From a virus, in the IMG/VR virus record IMGVR_UViG_3300045988_167927: a stretch of DNA of 28,251 nucleotides, one strand, 5' to 3'. The number at the start of each line of letters is the position of its first letter. Position 1 is the stretch's first letter. This document shows positions 17,012 through 25,341 of this stretch, in pieces. The position numbers and the translations under genes are program-made. Below the pieces are notes generated by a model. It was given only the letters and a program-made list of their open reading frames with translations, did not search any database and was not told the origin of the DNA.

Positions 17012-17089
17012 CGGACACATAGCACTCAACAGTAAATAACTTATTTCTATTTAAGTTAAAATAAACTAAAGCAAAAAACATTATTAACA

Positions 17090-18001
17090 ATGGCAAATCC
17101 TATTGTAACATCATTACCAAAATACGTTGAACAACACATATTGCCTCTTATCTCAAAGAGCGTATTAGGAAGTAAATCAGCAAGTTTGTTCAACCTCTTG
17201 ACTGGTGTCAAAGGCGACACCGCACTCAACCTGCTTGCAACAGATGTGACCTTGCAGTCAGCAAAGACTTGCGGTTGGAACGCAGACGGCACTACCACCC
17301 TCTCACAACGCATCGTTAAACCTGCGTACCTCAAGGTTAACCACAACTTCTGTGACAAGCAGTTGCTCAACACTTGGGCGAATTACGAGGTGAAGATTGC
17401 GGCCGGTCAAAAGACCCTCCCATTTGAGGAAGACTTTGTTAACGGTATCGTTGAGCAGGTCAAGGAGCAAATTGAAAAGATGATTTATCAAGGCACAAAG
17501 GCGAAAGAAGATGAGTTCGAGGGTCTTATCTCTATCCTCACCGACGACGCAACCACCATCAAGGTGAACAAGACCAAGGGCACAAGCGCATACGAGGCAA
17601 TCAAGGCGGTGTACGCATCAATGCCCGAAGAGGTTGTCTCTAAAGACGACGCTGTTATCCTTGTGGGCGCAGGCATCTTCCGCCAGTTCATTCAAGAGTT
17701 GGTTTCAGCAAACCTCTACCACTTTGAACCAAACAGCGCAGCGGGCGAATACAAACTTCCTGGCACTGAACTCCGAGTTATCTCTGTGAACGGTCTCAAC
17801 GGCGTTGCAGACAGCGATGTGATTATCGGCGCAAGACTCTCCAACCTGTTCTATGCGACTGATTTGCAGGGCGATGAAGAGAAGTTCGAACTGTGGTACT
17901 CTCAAGACAACAGGGAGTTCCGTCTCGCTATCGAGTTCATCGCAGGTGTGCAATATGCGTATGGTGATGAAATCGTACTCGGCAAAATCGCTAAAGCATA
18001 A
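17090..18001 (+). CDS. Major capsid protein
   Basis: 303 aa, positioned immediately after the protease/scaffold gene. Size and composition are typical of small HK97-fold capsid proteins. Confidence 0.7.
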   Translation: MANPIVTSLPKYVEQHILPLISKSVLGSKSASLFNLLTGVKGDTALNLLATDVTLQSAKTCGWNADGTTTLSQRIVKPAYLKVNHNFCDKQLLNTWANYEVKIAAGQKTLPFEEDFVNGIVEQVKEQIEKMIYQGTKAKEDEFEGLISILTDDATTIKVNKTKGTSAYEAIKAVYASMPEEVVSKDDAVILVGAGIFRQFIQELVSANLYHFEPNSAAGEYKLPGTELRVISVNGLNGVADSDVIIGARLSNLFYATDLQGDEEKFELWYSQDNREFRLAIEFIAGVQYAYGDEIVLGKIAKA

Positions 18002-18093
18002 CATAGTGTAAACCAAATAGAGACTATGGGTGGTGTGCATCGCCACCCTGTAGGTCTCAAGACAATAACGACACCTAACACAATAGATAACAA

Positions 18094-18609
18094 ATGAGTT
18101 GTACAGCATATACTTTAAAAGGTATCACTAACGACTGCTCGGCCTCAAAGGGCGGTATCAGAGAAATCTACATCGCAGACTGGGAAAAGGACATCTTTAC
18201 AGTTGGCGAGACTGCTGACACCGTCACCGCATTGAAGACCGAGGCAAAGTGGTACAAATACTACATCAAGAAAAACACATCATCGTTCACATCTACAGCG
18301 ACCATTGATTTGGCAAATGGTGTGAATTACGTTAGCACCGAACTCGCACTTGTCTTTACAAAAATGGAGACAGCGAAGCGAGTTGAAATGAGCGCACTCT
18401 TGCTCAACGACGTTGCAGTGCTTGTTGTTGATGCCAACAATAAGGTATGGTGTCTTGGGTTGAATAATCCAGTCAACGCCACCGCAGGTACTGGCGAAAC
18501 TGGCACAGCGGCCACCGATGGCAACAAGTACACCATCACACTCACTGACGAGAGCGACACTTTCCCATTCGAGTATTCGGGTGAACTCCCTGCAAGCGCA
18601 AACGCATAG
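18094..18609 (+). CDS. Major tail (tube) protein
   Basis: 171 aa. The pattern ...VVDANNKVWCLGLNNPVNATAGTGETGTAATDGNKYTITLTDES... resembles siphovirus major tail protein families. Followed by a strong terminator. Confidence 0.6.
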   Translation: MSCTAYTLKGITNDCSASKGGIREIYIADWEKDIFTVGETADTVTALKTEAKWYKYYIKKNTSSFTSTATIDLANGVNYVSTELALVFTKMETAKRVEMSALLLNDVAVLVVDANNKVWCLGLNNPVNATAGTGETGTAATDGNKYTITLTDESDTFPFEYSGELPASANA

Positions 18610-18637
18610 TATCAACCACATAAACCTTAAATACATG

Positions 18638-18672
18638 GATACGGAGCAGTCATACTCCGTATTCTTTTTTTT
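18638..18672 (+). terminator. Rho-independent terminator
   Basis: 8-bp stem ATACGGAG (18639-18646) / CTCCGTAT (18655-18662) followed by TTCTTTTTTTTC. Confidence 0.8.
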
Positions 18673-18716
18673 CTGTATGTTTCAATCAAATGATTTTTTA
18701 AACGATTGATTTAATT

Positions 18717-18822
18717 ATGTTTACTACGAAAGAACTTGAGAGCGAATGGGATTGACTGTACAAGACCGACTCTATGGCGACTCCGTCAAGACCTCGGTCT
18801 AATCAATAGACACTAAACCAAG
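18717..18822 (+). pseudogene. Decayed relic of an HNH homing endonuclease gene (paralog of 1720-2241)
   Basis: ATGTTTACTACGAAAGAACTTGAGAGCGAATGGGATTGA matches the first codons of 1720-2241 (MFTEKELESEKW versus MFTTKELESEWD*). GACTCCGTCAAGACCTCGGTCTAA...ACACTAAACC matches its 3' end (2187-2232). The middle of the gene is absent. Confidence 0.65.
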
Positions 18823-18853
18823 AATACGAGACAAAACCGTCTCGTATTTTTTT
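18823..18853 (+). terminator. Rho-independent terminator
   Basis: 9-bp stem ATACGAGAC (18824-18832) / GTCTCGTAT (18839-18847), loop AAAACC, then a T7 run. Confidence 0.8.
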
Positions 18854-18881
18854 ATATTTTAAATAAAACCATAGTAAACAA

Positions 18882-19148
18882 ATGGCGTTAAGTTTTAAAG
18901 AGTTAGAGGTCAAAGATAAAATCTCGTATATCCTCTGTGTTGCATCGTTTATCTGCGGAGCGGTATTGACTTTTTTTGGGGTTTTCCTCGCACCTGTTGG
19001 CATTATAGATGCTTCAATTTTAACGTCATTGGGCATCTTCCTCTCGTTTAGCGGTGCGCTCATCGGAATAAACACACATTATTCAAAAGAGTTACACACA
19101 TTCAAGACCGAGGTACAAAAGACAATCAAGGAAAAACAAAAAGAATAA
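18882..19148 (+). CDS. Small two-TMD membrane protein, holin-like
   Basis: 88 aa with two hydrophobic helices (ISYILCVASFICGAVLTFFGVFLAPVG and ILTSLGIFLSFSGALIGI) and a charged C-terminal tail. Not adjacent to the endolysin. Confidence 0.35.
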   Translation: MALSFKELEVKDKISYILCVASFICGAVLTFFGVFLAPVGIIDASILTSLGIFLSFSGALIGINTHYSKELHTFKTEVQKTIKEKQKE

Positions 19149-19175
19149 CAAAGGATTAAGATAAAGAAATATAAA

Positions 19176-19397
19176 ATGAGAGTAAGTAACGAGCAAGTAT
19201 TCGGCGTACCGAACACATCATTCGGTGTAAGCGGTTCAGCAAGCGGTTTCACACTGAATTATTCCGTTGACGGTAACACTTGGGGAGTATGGTCAGAGGC
19301 GACAAAGGCGAATGAACCTTTGTTTGTTGTCAACGTCCCAAAGTTTATGAAGTATAAGTTGGTGGGCAACACCGAGCAAGTGGAGGTGCGTTGGTGA
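19176..19397 (+). CDS. Hypothetical small protein
   Basis: 73-aa ORF, tightly packed against the next gene (TGA then ATG 2 nt later). Confidence 0.45.
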   Translation: MRVSNEQVFGVPNTSFGVSGSASGFTLNYSVDGNTWGVWSEATKANEPLFVVNVPKFMKYKLVGNTEQVEVRW

Positions 19398-19398
19398 T

Positions 19399-20670
19399 AT
19401 GATTATAGATTTCGATAGCAAACAACAGGGCGGTGGTTCTAAACCGCCAGTGGTGGAAGCGTTGTCTGTAACAGAGAACGGCACATACAATGCTCCGTCA
19501 GGTGTGGACGGTTACAACCCTGTGACGGTGAATGTTCAGAGCGGTGGTGGCGGAAAGTTCGGGATAGGATTTAACCGTATCGCCTTATCTACTAAAGCAC
19601 AAACTATTGATTTATCAAACCTCGATCCGAGCACATTGACAGATATGGGCAGTATGTTCGAATACTGTGAAAACCTCACCTCACTCGACCTGTCGGGTTG
19701 GGACACAAGTAATGTGACAGATATGAATAGTATGTTCTATTATTGTTCATCGCTCACCTCACTCGATGTGTCAGGGTGGGATACAAGCAAGGTGACGAAT
19801 ATGAATAAAATGTTCAGTTATATCAAACTCACCTCACTCGACCTGTCAAGTTTCAATACAGCAAATGTGACAGATATGGGGGGTATGTTCTATAATTGTT
19901 CATCACTCACCTCACTCGATGTGTCAGGGTGGGATACAAGCAAGGTGACGAATATGAATAAAATGTTCAGTTATATCAAACTCACCTCACTCGACCTGTC
20001 AAGTTTCAATACAGCAAATGTGACAGATATGGGGGGTATGTTCTATAATTGTTCATCACTCACCTCACTCGATGTGTCACATTTCGACACAGCGAATGTG
20101 ACGAGTATGAACAGTATGTTCTCGTATTGTAAAAACCCCACTACTCTAAACCTGTCGGGTTGGGATACAAGCAAGGTGACGAATATGAATAGTATGTTCT
20201 CGTATTGTTCATCACTCACCTCACTCGACCTGTCACATTTCGACACAAGCAAGGTGACGAGTATGTACAATATGTTCTCGTATTGTGAAAACCTCACCTC
20301 ACTCGACGTATCACATTTCAATACAGCGAATGTGACGAATATGAATAGTATGTTCTCGTATTGTTCAAAACTCAAATCACTCGATGTGTCAGGTTGGGAT
20401 ACAAGCAAGGTGACGAATATGAATAGTATGTTCTCTGGTTGTTCATCACTCGAGACAATAAACTGCGACGGTCTGAAATTACCAAATATAAATCTCAGCG
20501 ATATACATTTGGACAGTTCACCACTCACAGTCGAGAGTATCGTAGGACTATTGAACGCCCTGCCACAGTCAACGAACAACTACAGTTTCCAAATCGGTGC
20601 TGACAACATCGCCAAACTGTCAGACATGCAAAAACAGATAGCAACCGACAAGGGTTGGACGCTTGTGTAA
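19399..20670 (+). CDS. BspA-like / DUF285-type leucine-rich-repeat protein (likely receptor-binding or surface-adhesion virion protein)
   Basis: 423 aa with about 11 tandem 25-26-aa units of the form LTSLD(L/V)S(G/H)(W/F)(D/N)T(S/A)(K/N)VT(N/D)M(N/G)xMF(S/Y)YCxx. Confidence 0.9.
   Translation: MIIDFDSKQQGGGSKPPVVEALSVTENGTYNAPSGVDGYNPVTVNVQSGGGGKFGIGFNRIALSTKAQTIDLSNLDPSTLTDMGSMFEYCENLTSLDLSGWDTSNVTDMNSMFYYCSSLTSLDVSGWDTSKVTNMNKMFSYIKLTSLDLSSFNTANVTDMGGMFYNCSSLTSLDVSGWDTSKVTNMNKMFSYIKLTSLDLSSFNTANVTDMGGMFYNCSSLTSLDVSHFDTANVTSMNSMFSYCKNPTTLNLSGWDTSKVTNMNSMFSYCSSLTSLDLSHFDTSKVTSMYNMFSYCENLTSLDVSHFNTANVTNMNSMFSYCSKLKSLDVSGWDTSKVTNMNSMFSGCSSLETINCDGLKLPNINLSDIHLDSSPLTVESIVGLLNALPQSTNNYSFQIGADNIAKLSDMQKQIATDKGWTLV
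19474..19695. repeat. 5' module shared with the short LRR gene (matches 23179-23400)
   Basis: About 222 bp, nearly identical (I saw one mismatch, tacaaTgct versus tacaaCgct). Confidence 0.9.
19753..20079. repeat. Perfect tandem duplication, period 153 bp (2.1 copies), inside the LRR gene
   Basis: Position p equals p+153 for p = 19753-19926. This duplicates exactly two LRR units (51 aa, SGWDTSKVTNMNKMFSYIKLTSLDLSSFNTANVTDMGGMFYNCSSLTSLDV). Confidence 0.92.
20428..20659. repeat. 3' module shared with the short LRR gene (matches 23437-23668)
   Basis: About 232 bp that appear identical, encoding MFSGCSSLETINCDGLKLPNINLSD...QKQIATDKGW. Confidence 0.9.
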
Positions 20671-20700
20671 TTGATTAAATCAAACCTAAATTTAATTAAA

Positions 20701-20729
20701 CAAGAGGCAAAACCGCTTCTTGTTTTTTT
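20701..20729 (+). terminator. Rho-independent terminator
   Basis: Stem CAAGAGGC / GCTTCTTG (one G-U pair), loop AAAACC, then a T7 run. The loop is the same as in the terminator at 18823-18853. Confidence 0.7.
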
Positions 20730-20757
20730 CTATTTATAGGTAAAACATTACTAATTT

Positions 20758-21078
20758 ATGGTTTTAGTCAAGAATAAGGCAGACTCGCCCACAACGATAT
20801 ACCCACCAAAGACTGTGACGAAATCGGTCAAGGAGTTGACGCTAACACTCCACTCGATTTCGTCGAATACGGACTACACATTCCCTGTTGACGACACAGG
20901 GGCGTTGAGGGACTACTACGAGATTGAGGTCGATTTCAGTGCGATGCCTGACGGTGAATACCAATACACCATAGGTTGTGACAGCGGACTACTCGTAATC
21001 GGAGACTACAAGGAGAAACGTAAAGAACAAAACAAGCAATACGATGCAGAAACAAAATACTACCAATACCAAGGATAA
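20758..21078 (+). CDS. Hypothetical protein
   Basis: 106-aa ORF that overlaps the portal gene start by 35 nt. Confidence 0.45.
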   Translation: MVLVKNKADSPTTIYPPKTVTKSVKELTLTLHSISSNTDYTFPVDDTGALRDYYEIEVDFSAMPDGEYQYTIGCDSGLLVIGDYKEKRKEQNKQYDAETKYYQYQG

Positions 21079-22150
21079 AAACAAGTCGTTTAGGTTTAGT
21101 GCGATAAACCGAGAGACTACGTCAAACATAATCCCCGACATCGAGGTAGAGTCCACAAACAGCGGTTTCATCTACTGGGGAGAGGATAACTCGTACCCTA
21201 ACTATATCCACCACCTCTACGAGACTGCCACACCCTTGCGCTCATGTATAGCGTCACTGGTTGACTATGTATGTGGAGACAGTGTGGACAGTGAAATAGA
21301 CGGTATGGAGAAAAAGGTGAGGTGCATAGCGACACAGTACGCCTTGTACGGTTGCTTTGCCATCAATGTGTTGAGAAACCGATTCGGAGAGGTGTGTGAC
21401 ATCATACCGATTGATGTAAGATGCCTACGCTCGAACAAGTCCAACACAGAGTTCTTCTATAGCGAGAACTTCAAGGAGATACGAAAGTGGCAGAGGTACA
21501 AGTGCCTCAAGTACCCAGTGTACGACCCTGACAGGAAAGAGATAGCGTCAAGCATTTACTTCTATAAGAACACCCTGTTCCGAACCTACGGTGAACCAAT
21601 TTACAAGTCCGCCCTGTTGAGTGCGGAGTGTCAGAGTGCTATTAATGAGTATAACATCAACTCATTGAACAACGGCATCACAAGCAATGTAATCATCAAC
21701 TTCAACAACGGAATACCCGATGAGCAACAGCAGAGCGAGATTGAGGATATGGTATATGAAAAGTTCTCATCGTTCAGAAACGCCTGTCGACCTATGATTA
21801 ACTTCGCAGACGATGCAGACCACTCCCTTACAGTGGAGAGGATTGATGTCGACGACTTTGTTGAACGTTATGGAGCACTCGCCAAGCGCAGTGCCGACGA
21901 GATATACTCCGCATTCCGAATGTCGCCGATGTTGGCAGGTATCACTATAGACAACAACGGATTCGCAGAGCAGGACTTCGAGGGTGCTTATCGCCTGTTC
22001 AACAAGACGGTGGTGCAACCGCTCCAAAAGGACATCGTAAACGGAATCAACAACCTCTTGGGCGATAACGCTGTATCTATAACACCGTTCAACATCAAGT
22101 GGGAAGACACAGCAGATGATAATAACCAAAATGTAAACGAGATTAACTGA
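21044..22150 (+). CDS. Portal protein
   Basis: 368 aa. FIYWGEDNSYPNYIHHLYETATPLRSCIASLVDYVCGD and FRMSPMLAGI are typical portal-family motifs. Confidence 0.8.
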   Translation: MQKQNTTNTKDKNKSFRFSAINRETTSNIIPDIEVESTNSGFIYWGEDNSYPNYIHHLYETATPLRSCIASLVDYVCGDSVDSEIDGMEKKVRCIATQYALYGCFAINVLRNRFGEVCDIIPIDVRCLRSNKSNTEFFYSENFKEIRKWQRYKCLKYPVYDPDRKEIASSIYFYKNTLFRTYGEPIYKSALLSAECQSAINEYNINSLNNGITSNVIINFNNGIPDEQQQSEIEDMVYEKFSSFRNACRPMINFADDADHSLTVERIDVDDFVERYGALAKRSADEIYSAFRMSPMLAGITIDNNGFAEQDFEGAYRLFNKTVVQPLQKDIVNGINNLLGDNAVSITPFNIKWEDTADDNNQNVNEIN

Positions 22151-22151
22151 T

Positions 22152-22679
22152 ATGGAGACACTACTTACATCGACAACAACCATACGCACCATAACGAACA
22201 TATCAGATAACGTTAGTGATAAATACTTGCTCTCGGCATTGAGAGAGGCACAGGAGCAGTCTCTTGTGGAGATTACAGGTCAACCACTACTTGACGCACT
22301 AAAGGCGATGGTGGAGAGCGGTACAGTTGACCAGGGCGCACCGTACAAGCGACTGTTAGACCACATCAAATACTACCTCTGCTACAAGGCGGTGTCGAAC
22401 CTGTGTGTAATAGTATCGTTCAAAATTGACAACATAGGCGTAAATCAGACCTCTGACGAGAATGTGCAAGTGGTTGGAATGAAAGACGTATTCAAGATGT
22501 CTGACTACTACCTGCAACGCTCTGATTTCTACAGAAAGCGCATTCAGGAATATCTCTTGAAGAACAAGAGCGATTTCCCCGAACTTGAGAGTTTGAGCGA
22601 TAATCAAATCAACCCGAACCTCGCAACCACAGCGTCGACTGGACTTTTCCTCGGAGGGCATAGGGGCAGAATCCTTTAA
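22152..22679 (+). CDS. Hypothetical virion protein (head-tail connector/adaptor by position)
   Basis: 175 aa, starting 2 nt after the portal stop. Confidence 0.4.
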   Translation: METLLTSTTTIRTITNISDNVSDKYLLSALREAQEQSLVEITGQPLLDALKAMVESGTVDQGAPYKRLLDHIKYYLCYKAVSNLCVIVSFKIDNIGVNQTSDENVQVVGMKDVFKMSDYYLQRSDFYRKRIQEYLLKNKSDFPELESLSDNQINPNLATTASTGLFLGGHRGRIL

Positions 22680-22706
22680 TTCATTTAAAACAAACTGATT
22701 CAATCA

Positions 22707-23162
22707 ATGAAATATAGAGAACTCTTAAACAATATAACCGAGGTGGCGAAGAAACACCCTAATATTAACTCGACATTCATAGGTGATGTTTACGAGTTAA
22801 ATCACCGTAACGATGTTGACTACTGCGCTTTCGTTATCACACAAGGAACGCATAGAGTGAACAGCGATGACGAGACCATTGACTACACCCTCAACCTTTT
22901 CTATGTCGACCGTCTGACAGCGGACGAGGGCAACCGCACACAGATACACTCATCGGGCATCGACTTTATGAATTCGCTGTTGAGAGCGGTCGAGAAACTT
23001 GGTGTAACAGTCGTAGAGCAAACAGTGAATGTGTTCAACGAGAGGTTCAATGATGTGTGCGCAGGTGTTTACGCTGGCGTTGTGTTCAGGTGCAATATAG
23101 ACGAGTGCGGACAGACGATAGAGATTATTTCCTATAACGACCTAAAGACAACCAGTGCTTGA
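22707..23162 (+). CDS. Hypothetical virion protein (neck/tail completion by position)
   Basis: 151-aa ORF with a coding-like composition. Confidence 0.4.
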   Translation: MKYRELLNNITEVAKKHPNINSTFIGDVYELNHRNDVDYCAFVITQGTHRVNSDDETIDYTLNLFYVDRLTADEGNRTQIHSSGIDFMNSLLRAVEKLGVTVVEQTVNVFNERFNDVCAGVYAGVVFRCNIDECGQTIEIISYNDLKTTSA

Positions 23163-23679
23163 TACTCTCAATGTGGTGGAGAACGGCACATACAACGCTC
23201 CGTCAGGTGTGGACGGTTACAACCCTGTGACGGTGAATGTTCAGAGCGGTGGTGGCGGAAAGTTCGGGATAGGATTTAACCGTATCGCCTTATCTACTAA
23301 AGCACAAACTATTGATTTATCAAACCTCGATCCGAGCACATTGACAGATATGGGCAGTATGTTCGAATACTGTGAAAACCTCACCTCACTCGACCTGTCA
23401 CATTTCGACACAAGCAAGGTTGCGAATATGGTGGAAATGTTCTCTGGTTGTTCATCACTCGAGACAATAAACTGCGACGGTCTGAAATTACCAAATATAA
23501 ATCTCAGCGATATACATTTGGACAGTTCACCACTCACAGTCGAGAGTATCGTAGGACTATTGAACGCCCTGCCACAGTCAACGAACAACTACAGTTTCCA
23601 AATCGGTGCTGACAACATCGCCAAACTGTCAGACATGCAAAAACAGATAGCAACCGACAAGGGTTGGAAACTAATTTAG
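23155..23679 (+). CDS. Short BspA-like LRR paralog (N- and C-terminal modules of 19399-20670 with only about 2 LRR units)
   Basis: 174 aa. There is no in-frame ATG, and the listed start at 23155 is GTG, overlapping the upstream stop. Residues 8-82 and 95-172 are essentially identical to the long paralog. Confidence 0.7.
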   Translation: MLDTLNVVENGTYNAPSGVDGYNPVTVNVQSGGGGKFGIGFNRIALSTKAQTIDLSNLDPSTLTDMGSMFEYCENLTSLDLSHFDTSKVANMVEMFSGCSSLETINCDGLKLPNINLSDIHLDSSPLTVESIVGLLNALPQSTNNYSFQIGADNIAKLSDMQKQIATDKGWKLI

Positions 23680-23701
23680 ACACTAATTATATTTAATCAA
23701 G

Positions 23702-24310
23702 ATGAAGATATTAATCGACAATGGACATGGGGTCAACACCGCAGGCAAGCGTTCACCTAAAGGCGGAAAGTATGGTGTACTCTATGAATGGAAATACGCA
23801 AGGGAAATAGCGAGACCACTTGTGGACAGGTTGAAGAAATTAGGTTATGACGCTGAACTCGTTGTGACAGAGGACAACGATGTGTCACTCGGTGAGCGAT
23901 GCCGTAGAGTAAACAGGTGGTGTGATAAACTTGGTGCGAAGAACTGTCTCTTTGTGTCAATTCATTCAAACGCTTCGTCAGATTGTTCAACTTGGCAGAA
24001 ACCTAACGGTTGGTGTGAGTTTGTTTACACTAAAGCATCAAGTGCATCAAAGCGACTTGCACAGTGCCTTTATGATGAGGCGTACAAGAGGGGGTTGAAA
24101 GGTAATAGAAGCGTTCCCGATTGTAGGTATTGGACAGCGAATTTCTATGTACTTAAAAACACCAAGTGCCCTGCTGTGCTTACGGAGAATATGTTCTATG
24201 ACAATATGGAGGATTACGAGTTCCTGCTCTCGGAGACTGGCAGGGAAACGATAATTGACTTGCACATTGACGGCATAGTGAAATACATCAAAGGACTTGA
24301 GAGCAAATGA
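23702..24310 (+). CDS. N-acetylmuramoyl-L-alanine amidase (endolysin)
   Basis: MKILIDNGHGVNTAGKRSP, SIHSNA and LTENMFYDN correspond to the Amidase_3-type zinc-ligand and catalytic motifs. Confidence 0.88.
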   Translation: MKILIDNGHGVNTAGKRSPKGGKYGVLYEWKYAREIARPLVDRLKKLGYDAELVVTEDNDVSLGERCRRVNRWCDKLGAKNCLFVSIHSNASSDCSTWQKPNGWCEFVYTKASSASKRLAQCLYDEAYKRGLKGNRSVPDCRYWTANFYVLKNTKCPAVLTENMFYDNMEDYEFLLSETGRETIIDLHIDGIVKYIKGLESK

Positions 24311-24834
24311 AACTGAAACAAAACGATATAGTCACAATGACATTGACGGTAGGCATCGGTATCGCCTTGATATTGCTGTCTATGCTCTCGTCTTGTTCGC
24401 CTAAAGTTAGATATATAACACAAACGGTTGAGATACCCAAGATACAAAAGGAATATGTGAACAGGGTCGACAGCGTTTTCATCAAAGACGTTGACAGCAT
24501 CTACACCGATAGATACATAAAGTCGGATACGGTCTATATAGAAAAGAATAAGATAAAGTACAGAAACAGGAATATTCTACAGCGAGACACCATTCTCCGC
24601 ACTGATAGTGTATTCGTTCCTGTAAAGTACGACAATCCTGAACTTTTGAGCGAGATTGATACGCTAAATCAGAAATTGAATGACTCCGCTGTTAAAGAGA
24701 AATTGCATAAACATACAATCTCAATGTATAATTATGCTTTATTGCTTGGCGGATTGTGCTTGATATTATTTAATTTAAACAAAATAAAGAAGATTTTCAA
24801 GTTTTTGATTGATTTGATTAGAAAGGTTATTTAA
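24307..24834 (+). CDS. Unimolecular-spanin-like lipoprotein (N-terminal lipobox plus C-terminal TMD)
   Basis: Signal peptide with lipobox LSSC (…ALILLSMLSSCSPK). The C-terminal hydrophobic helix is YALLLGGLCLILFNL. The start overlaps the amidase stop (ATGA). Confidence 0.5.
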   Translation: MKLKQNDIVTMTLTVGIGIALILLSMLSSCSPKVRYITQTVEIPKIQKEYVNRVDSVFIKDVDSIYTDRYIKSDTVYIEKNKIKYRNRNILQRDTILRTDSVFVPVKYDNPELLSEIDTLNQKLNDSAVKEKLHKHTISMYNYALLLGGLCLILFNLNKIKKIFKFLIDLIRKVI

Positions 24835-24899
24835 TCAAATAAAAAATACATCGGTTCTGCATCGGGCATCGCTACCTAAAAGACAAAGGACTGAAATTA

Positions 24900-24938
24900 G
24901 GAGAGAGGGAATGGTGATAACCTCTCTCCGCTTTTTTT
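24900..24938 (+). terminator. Rho-independent terminator after the lysis genes
   Basis: Perfect 9-bp stem GGAGAGAGG (24900-24908) / CCTCTCTCC (24921-24929), then GCTTTTTTT. Confidence 0.85.
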
Positions 24939-25027
24939 ACTGTTCCGTTTACTGTTCACAGAACTGTTCCGTTTTGTCCGTAATTCCTTGACTGTCAACA
25001 ATTAGAACTGTTCCGTTTACTGTTTGG
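24939..25027. repeat. Iteron-like direct repeats ACTGTTCCGTTT(ACTGTT)
   Basis: ACTGTTCCGTTT occurs at 24939, 24963 and 25007, and the copies at 24939 and 25007 extend to 18 nt. Further ACTGT(T/C) hexamers lie at 24951 and 24991. Confidence 0.7.
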
Positions 25028-25205
25028 TTTTTAATTGCTCTCAACTACATTCGGTAAAGCGTTCGCATATCGCTACGCATAGATGTAAATAAAGCGTTTT
25101 AAGCGGTTTTTATATCAGTCCGAGGGTAGTTATAGGGCGAGAGGGAGAAAGTCGCTCACAAGCGAAATTTGGGGCGTTATTCTTGATTTACCACATCATC
25201 AACCC

Positions 25206-25316
25206 ATACGCCCCGATAGCACTCAATCCCTATGACGCTCATATTTGCGTTTTAAGGCGTTAAAATCTCTCAAATGAGTTACTACACCACCTACGACCTT
25301 AAAGTCGCTTAGAATC
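25206..25316. repeat. Noncoding repeat family X, copy 2
   Basis: ATACGCCCCGATAGC...ATCCCTATGACGCTCATATTTGCGTTTTAAG...TCAAATGAGTTACTACACCACC...CTTAGAATCG aligns with 25682-25811 at roughly 80 percent identity by eye. Confidence 0.75.
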
Positions 25317-25341
25317 GATTTAAACGCTATTCTCGTCGATT

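Noticed and set aside
19600-20450. Regularly spaced repeats that could be mistaken for a CRISPR array
   Set aside because: The periodicity is about 75-78 nt within one continuous ORF that encodes DUF285/BspA LRR units. There is no repeat-spacer structure and there are no cas genes.
19399-23679. Diversity-generating retroelement targeting the LRR genes
   Set aside because: No reverse transcriptase ORF exists anywhere in the 28 kb. The two copies differ by repeat number rather than by adenine-specific substitutions.
4403-23700. Recurrent (T)TGATTTAATCA / TTAAATCA(A)ATG words near many start codons (for example 4403, 7055, 12113, 14967, 20671, 22695, 23690)
   Set aside because: These are short AT-rich words that also occur inside coding regions (8380, 9551, 10945). 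They are most simply the A/T-rich translation-initiation context of a host without Shine-Dalgarno sequences, not a discrete element.
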